This document shows positions 37,494 through 41,161 of a stretch of 41,161 nt of DNA, in pieces. The first letter of the stretch is position 1. Every line of letters starts with the position of its first letter. The position numbers and the translations under genes were made by a program. Under the pieces are notes generated by a model, which saw nothing but the letters and a program-made list of their open reading frames with translations, made no database searches and was not told the DNA's origin. Source of the DNA: Oopsacas minuta (Eukaryota > Animalia > Porifera); assembly GCA_024704765.1 (NCBI GenBank), contig JAKMXF010000062.1, positions 1-41,161 of the forward strand, in the 5' to 3' direction.

Positions 37494-38660
37494 CTATAAT
37501 GCTGGTAACAATTCCATTTTAATTAGAAGAGTTATGCTGACTTCTTTACAATATTTAGCTTCTAATATTTCAGTTTTTGAAATGAATAAATAAGTTCCTA
37601 AACCTTCATTTCTCAGCTGAGTAGGTTTCTTGAAGCTATTAGGATAATTCAAATCTTCCTTAGTTATTTGCTTAGTGTATTCATAATTATTATTACTGTT
37701 AGTGTGATTGAGTAGAATTAACGTATATTTGTATCTGATAGGCCTGTGTAGTTTATCATCATAACCTCCTTTCATAATATGAATGTAAACAGCTTCTGTA
37801 CCTGTAGATAACCAATTCCATACAATTTTCCCTCACACTTGTATAAACCTACATAGAATGGATCAGTGAAAATAATCTCTCTGTTTTCTATCTTCTGTCT
37901 AACACCATTAATCTTCCATTCCAAGTGTCCTGTAGATAGAGGTGTATAAGAATAGAGTACTTCTATTATTGATTTCAGTTCTGAATCCTTCTCAGTAGTT
38001 TGTTTATCTAAATTTTTGATTTTGATACTTCCGGTGTCCAGTTTATCATTCATATGTTTAACTTTCATTTTCACTTTACAAGAATGTTATTCTCTCAGTT
38101 GCTCTATCCAATACTTGAGATGTTTGAATTTGTTTCAGTTTCATATCAGTCATGGATAATCTATAATGAATATGCATGAACTCTTTTTCATGAAGATTGA
38201 TCTCTCTCCTCTCCATCTCCTCTCTACACCCATACTCCCAATAAAGACATCGGACAGGAAAGAACTCACATTATTTCAGGTAATGTATTGCTGTAGCCAC
38301 TGTGTCACTCCATTCACGCCCTCTCTCCTTTAGGGGACAACTAATCTACAAATAAATAACTCATCTGTAAACACAAACAAACACTTGTAAATAACAACAA
38401 ATAAACTACCATTTTATCATAGACAATTCACGGTTCATCTTTACTGGTTGCCATGCTACACCCTCAGGAATGCAGACACCACACCTCAATTCCTCCTGAT
38501 AGAAACAAGCATCTCTTAACATTCCTTTACAACTGCTACATAACAATAGTTTCAGTTCCATTTTGTTTGATAAGTTGTCTGCCAACAAATCAACCCTCCA
38601 GCCTCTGTAGCTACCATCCTCCCTCATAAATGTAGACCAGGTCCTCTCTCCCTTCTGAGT
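37494..38660 (-). pseudogene. TRAF: TRAF-family pseudogene, inverted paralogue of 17..1493
   Basis: Colinear with copy 1, including the 64-nt intron (38346..38409) and ~110 nt of 3' flank. It has in-frame TAA stops at 38271..38273 and 38076..38078, 1-nt indels in exon 1, further frameshifts in exon 2, and lacks 297 nt of zinc fingers. Confidence 0.88.
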
Positions 38661-38845
38661 ACCTGAGTAATGATAATTGAATTATTATATATCAAATAGT
38701 TACAGGAATGGAAACAGCTGAGCTGTTAAGAGAAAACGGAAAATAGTAGCTGTTAGTATATATCACTAAACTTAGTTACATTTGTCTATCTCATGACTAT
38801 AGGAGACGATCCAGTTAGTCAGAGTTCAGTCAGATCAATAGTAAG

Positions 38846-39571
38846 CTATATTTATGAAACAAAGTGTATGTGTGTGTGTCCGCGGGTTTTCTCAGAGATG
38901 CCAGGGCCGATTCAAATCAAATTTTGTGCGTCGACTAAGTAGTACTCAACCTTTCCAAATACGAAATAGTTTTCGAATCGAACCATTTTTGCACAAGATG
39001 TGTGAATTTTTCATACCTCTCCCATGTAAATCAATGCATTTTTGGAGGAATGTGATTGGTCAACGTTGACCAATCAGATTCCCTCCTTCTTATAATATGA
39101 ATATATCTAGGAATTTGGTCCAATCAGATTCTACCAATTACAATAGTTACTATTCACAGGTTATTGATCCTGTGGAGTAATGTGGAGAAAGTGATACCAA
39201 ACTTTCTCTGCATTACTCCACGGCCCTTCACAAAGCCTTCCACAAGAACTGGCATAAAAGGACGACCGAATGGCGGCTTTTGAGTTATCTCTATAAAACC
39301 TAATAAAGTACATTAGTATAAATACTAACACCTCAGCTAAAAATAAATAACTACACTTAACTTAATGTAATGTGGTACCATCACATGACAAACACATAAA
39401 CAAATACCGCATAGCAATACAATAGGTTTTTTGATTGTTCACTGAGAGCTAATACTTGCGGACGCGCAGCTTTCACAAACTCCAAGATACAATGGTGAGG
39501 GCCAAAGGCCCGAAAAAGCATTCCGTAGGAACTAGCAGAAAAAGCCGCCCAGAGGGCGGCGTTGCGGCTAG
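38846..39571 (+). mobile_element. Non-autonomous Helitron-like element, copy 2
   Basis: Colinear with 13774..14184 plus internal insertions (the larger ~235 bp). The 3' end GCCGCCC-AGA-GGGCGGC hairpin is followed by 7 nt and CTAG|T. The 5' boundary is approximate. Confidence 0.65.
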
Positions 39572-39823
39572 TCATTAAGAAATGTAGATATTTTGACGCT
39601 TCGCGTTTGTAAACAATAAGCACTAATAACTATCAGCATGATGCTATAGCTTACATGACATTAGCTAGAAATAAGTTTTCTTAGACAAACCAACTCCCTG
39701 ACTGAGATTGTACTTTAGATAGCAGTAAAATTTACGGAGACTTGGCAGCACTGTCCGCCAGTGGATTAGCGGGTATTTCGATATTAGTTAATCATATTTT
39801 CACACCTTTTTAACAATAGCAAA

Positions 39824-40229
39824 ATGAATGAAATGGAGGAGATCAGAATAGTTGCTCAATTCCTCAACGAGCACAATTATGAAACCACTTTAAAGTCATT
39901 TTTGAATGAAAGTGGCACTGAATTTGTGGCAGAAAGTATGGTCCACAAAACTCAAAATGGCGCCTTTGTGTATAGTGTAAGTACTAACCACTTACGCTAT
40001 ACACAAAGGCGCCATTTTGAGTATAGATATACATCCAAGCCACCCAGACATAATTGTACCGAGTTCAATGGATAGAAGTGTCGCTATTTGTGACACATCG
40101 CTTTACCCAGAAGACACAAATATGATAGAACAAATTTTCAGAGATCATCTGCCACTTAATGTGACAATTTCAGAGGTCCAGTTTTGGTGGCAACCTACAG
40201 AACCAAACAGTCTTAACTCTGACACATAG
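39824..40229 (+). pseudogene. Rearranged remnant of a LisH + WD40 gene
   Basis: LisH-like IVAQFLNEHNYETTLKSFLNES, then in another frame one WD40-like repeat YAIHKGAILSIDIHPSHPDIIVPSSMDRSVAICD; the junction is occupied by a 73-bp hairpin. Confidence 0.55.
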
Positions 40230-40250
40230 AGGTGTTAAGAAGTGTCATAC

Positions 40251-41161
40251 CAGTAGGAAGTAATCACGTATAGCAGTTACATAAGATAAACTTTGGAACA
40301 CAACATTCGTGTAATCATTTGATTTAATATTATTAAGACCAACTACTCCAGGTAGGTACAAGACCCCTGTCAGACTACGAGACCAATCGTCCCCTGTCAG
40401 ACTACGAGACAAATCGTCCCCTATGTCAAGTGTAACAATGTCCTCAGGTGTAAACTTAGGGTCCAGCTGATGTTTAATGTCGGCTAGTGAGGTGTCGTGT
40501 ATCTCATAATTGTCAGGTAGACAGAAGACCCGGTGGGTGTTGAGATTTAGGAACACGTGGTGGCCAACATGTACCGAGTGGGTATAGGCGTGAGAACGAG
40601 GGCCTCGACCCTACAACACACAATAATACTATAAATAGAATTGTGGCAGACAGCATTTAACACTATTAGTCAACGCCCGTTACATCGAAACTCAAGGAAC
40701 CACTATTATTAAACCGATATACGCGATGGAATATGTGTTACTTTGTGTACTTTCACACTTCGATATTAGCTGGTGTTTCTATATATCTGTATTAGATATA
40801 ACAGGAGTTGACAGAAGTTGACAGTAGATGACAGGAGATGACAGTAGAGTATTTTTATATATGAAAATGAGGACACAGTAGAATCCACTGAATAGATCCA
40901 ACGCTTAATCTGGTTACTTGACCACAAACACAACAATACAAATAGTAATACATTACTCAGGTTAATCAGGTAACACCTGTAATCCGAGTAATCAGGTCAA
41001 ATTGTCCTCTTCATGATGAGACCTAATTATCTCGCCAATCGGATATCTCTAGCGCCAAAATGTACTAAAATTAGAATGTGCTATATTTAGAATTGTATCT
41101 TACTTGGAAATACTTGCCGCATACCAAACACGCATACACGTTGTTATTGGTGAGAGAAATT
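40251..41161 (-). CDS. USP39: U4/U6.U5 tri-snRNP protein USP39 (Sad1), partial: exons 41161-41104 (cut by window edge) and 40610-40251
   Basis: The spliced translation ISLTNNNVYACLVCGKYFQ|GRGPRSHAYTHSV..HVFLNL..FCLPDNYEI..YLPGVVGLNNIKSNDY matches the USP39 ZnF-UBP and start of the inactive USP domain; intron 40611..41103 is GT-AG, phase 0. Confidence 0.9.
40801..40848. repeat. 10-bp period tandem repeat in USP39 intron
   Basis: ACAGGAGTTG ACAGAAGTTG ACAGTAGATG ACAGGAGATG ACAGTAGA. Confidence 0.8.

Overview
AT-rich eukaryotic (animal) genomic DNA with spliceosomal GT-AG introns. The divergent TRAF copies and NHL-repeat remnant would fit a non-bilaterian such as a sponge, but that is inference only. 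Left to right the window holds: (1) a two-exon TRAF-family gene (+); (2) an intronless MARK/PAR-1 kinase CDS (+); (3) eleven phase-compatible exons of exportin-2/CSE1L (-), whose first and last exons I could not find; (4) a complete six-exon 14-3-3 gene (+) nested in one 6.3-kb CSE1L intron, and a decayed NHL-repeat gene (+) in another; (5) a FLYWCH/MULE remnant, an inverted TRAF pseudogene and a LisH-WD40 remnant; (6) two exons of USP39 (-) at the right edge. Intergenic and intronic DNA is dense in MITEs (TA-flanked Tc1/pogo-like and hAT-like), two copies of a Helitron-like element and three minisatellites. The most unusual observations are the nested antisense 14-3-3 gene, two fold-back inversions that each copy a piece of coding sequence, an intron 100% identical between diverged TRAF copies, and a Nextera adapter junction joining two loci about 6.5 kb apart (an assembly artefact). 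I found no supportable rRNA, tRNA or CRISPR array. All alignments and translations were done by eye.
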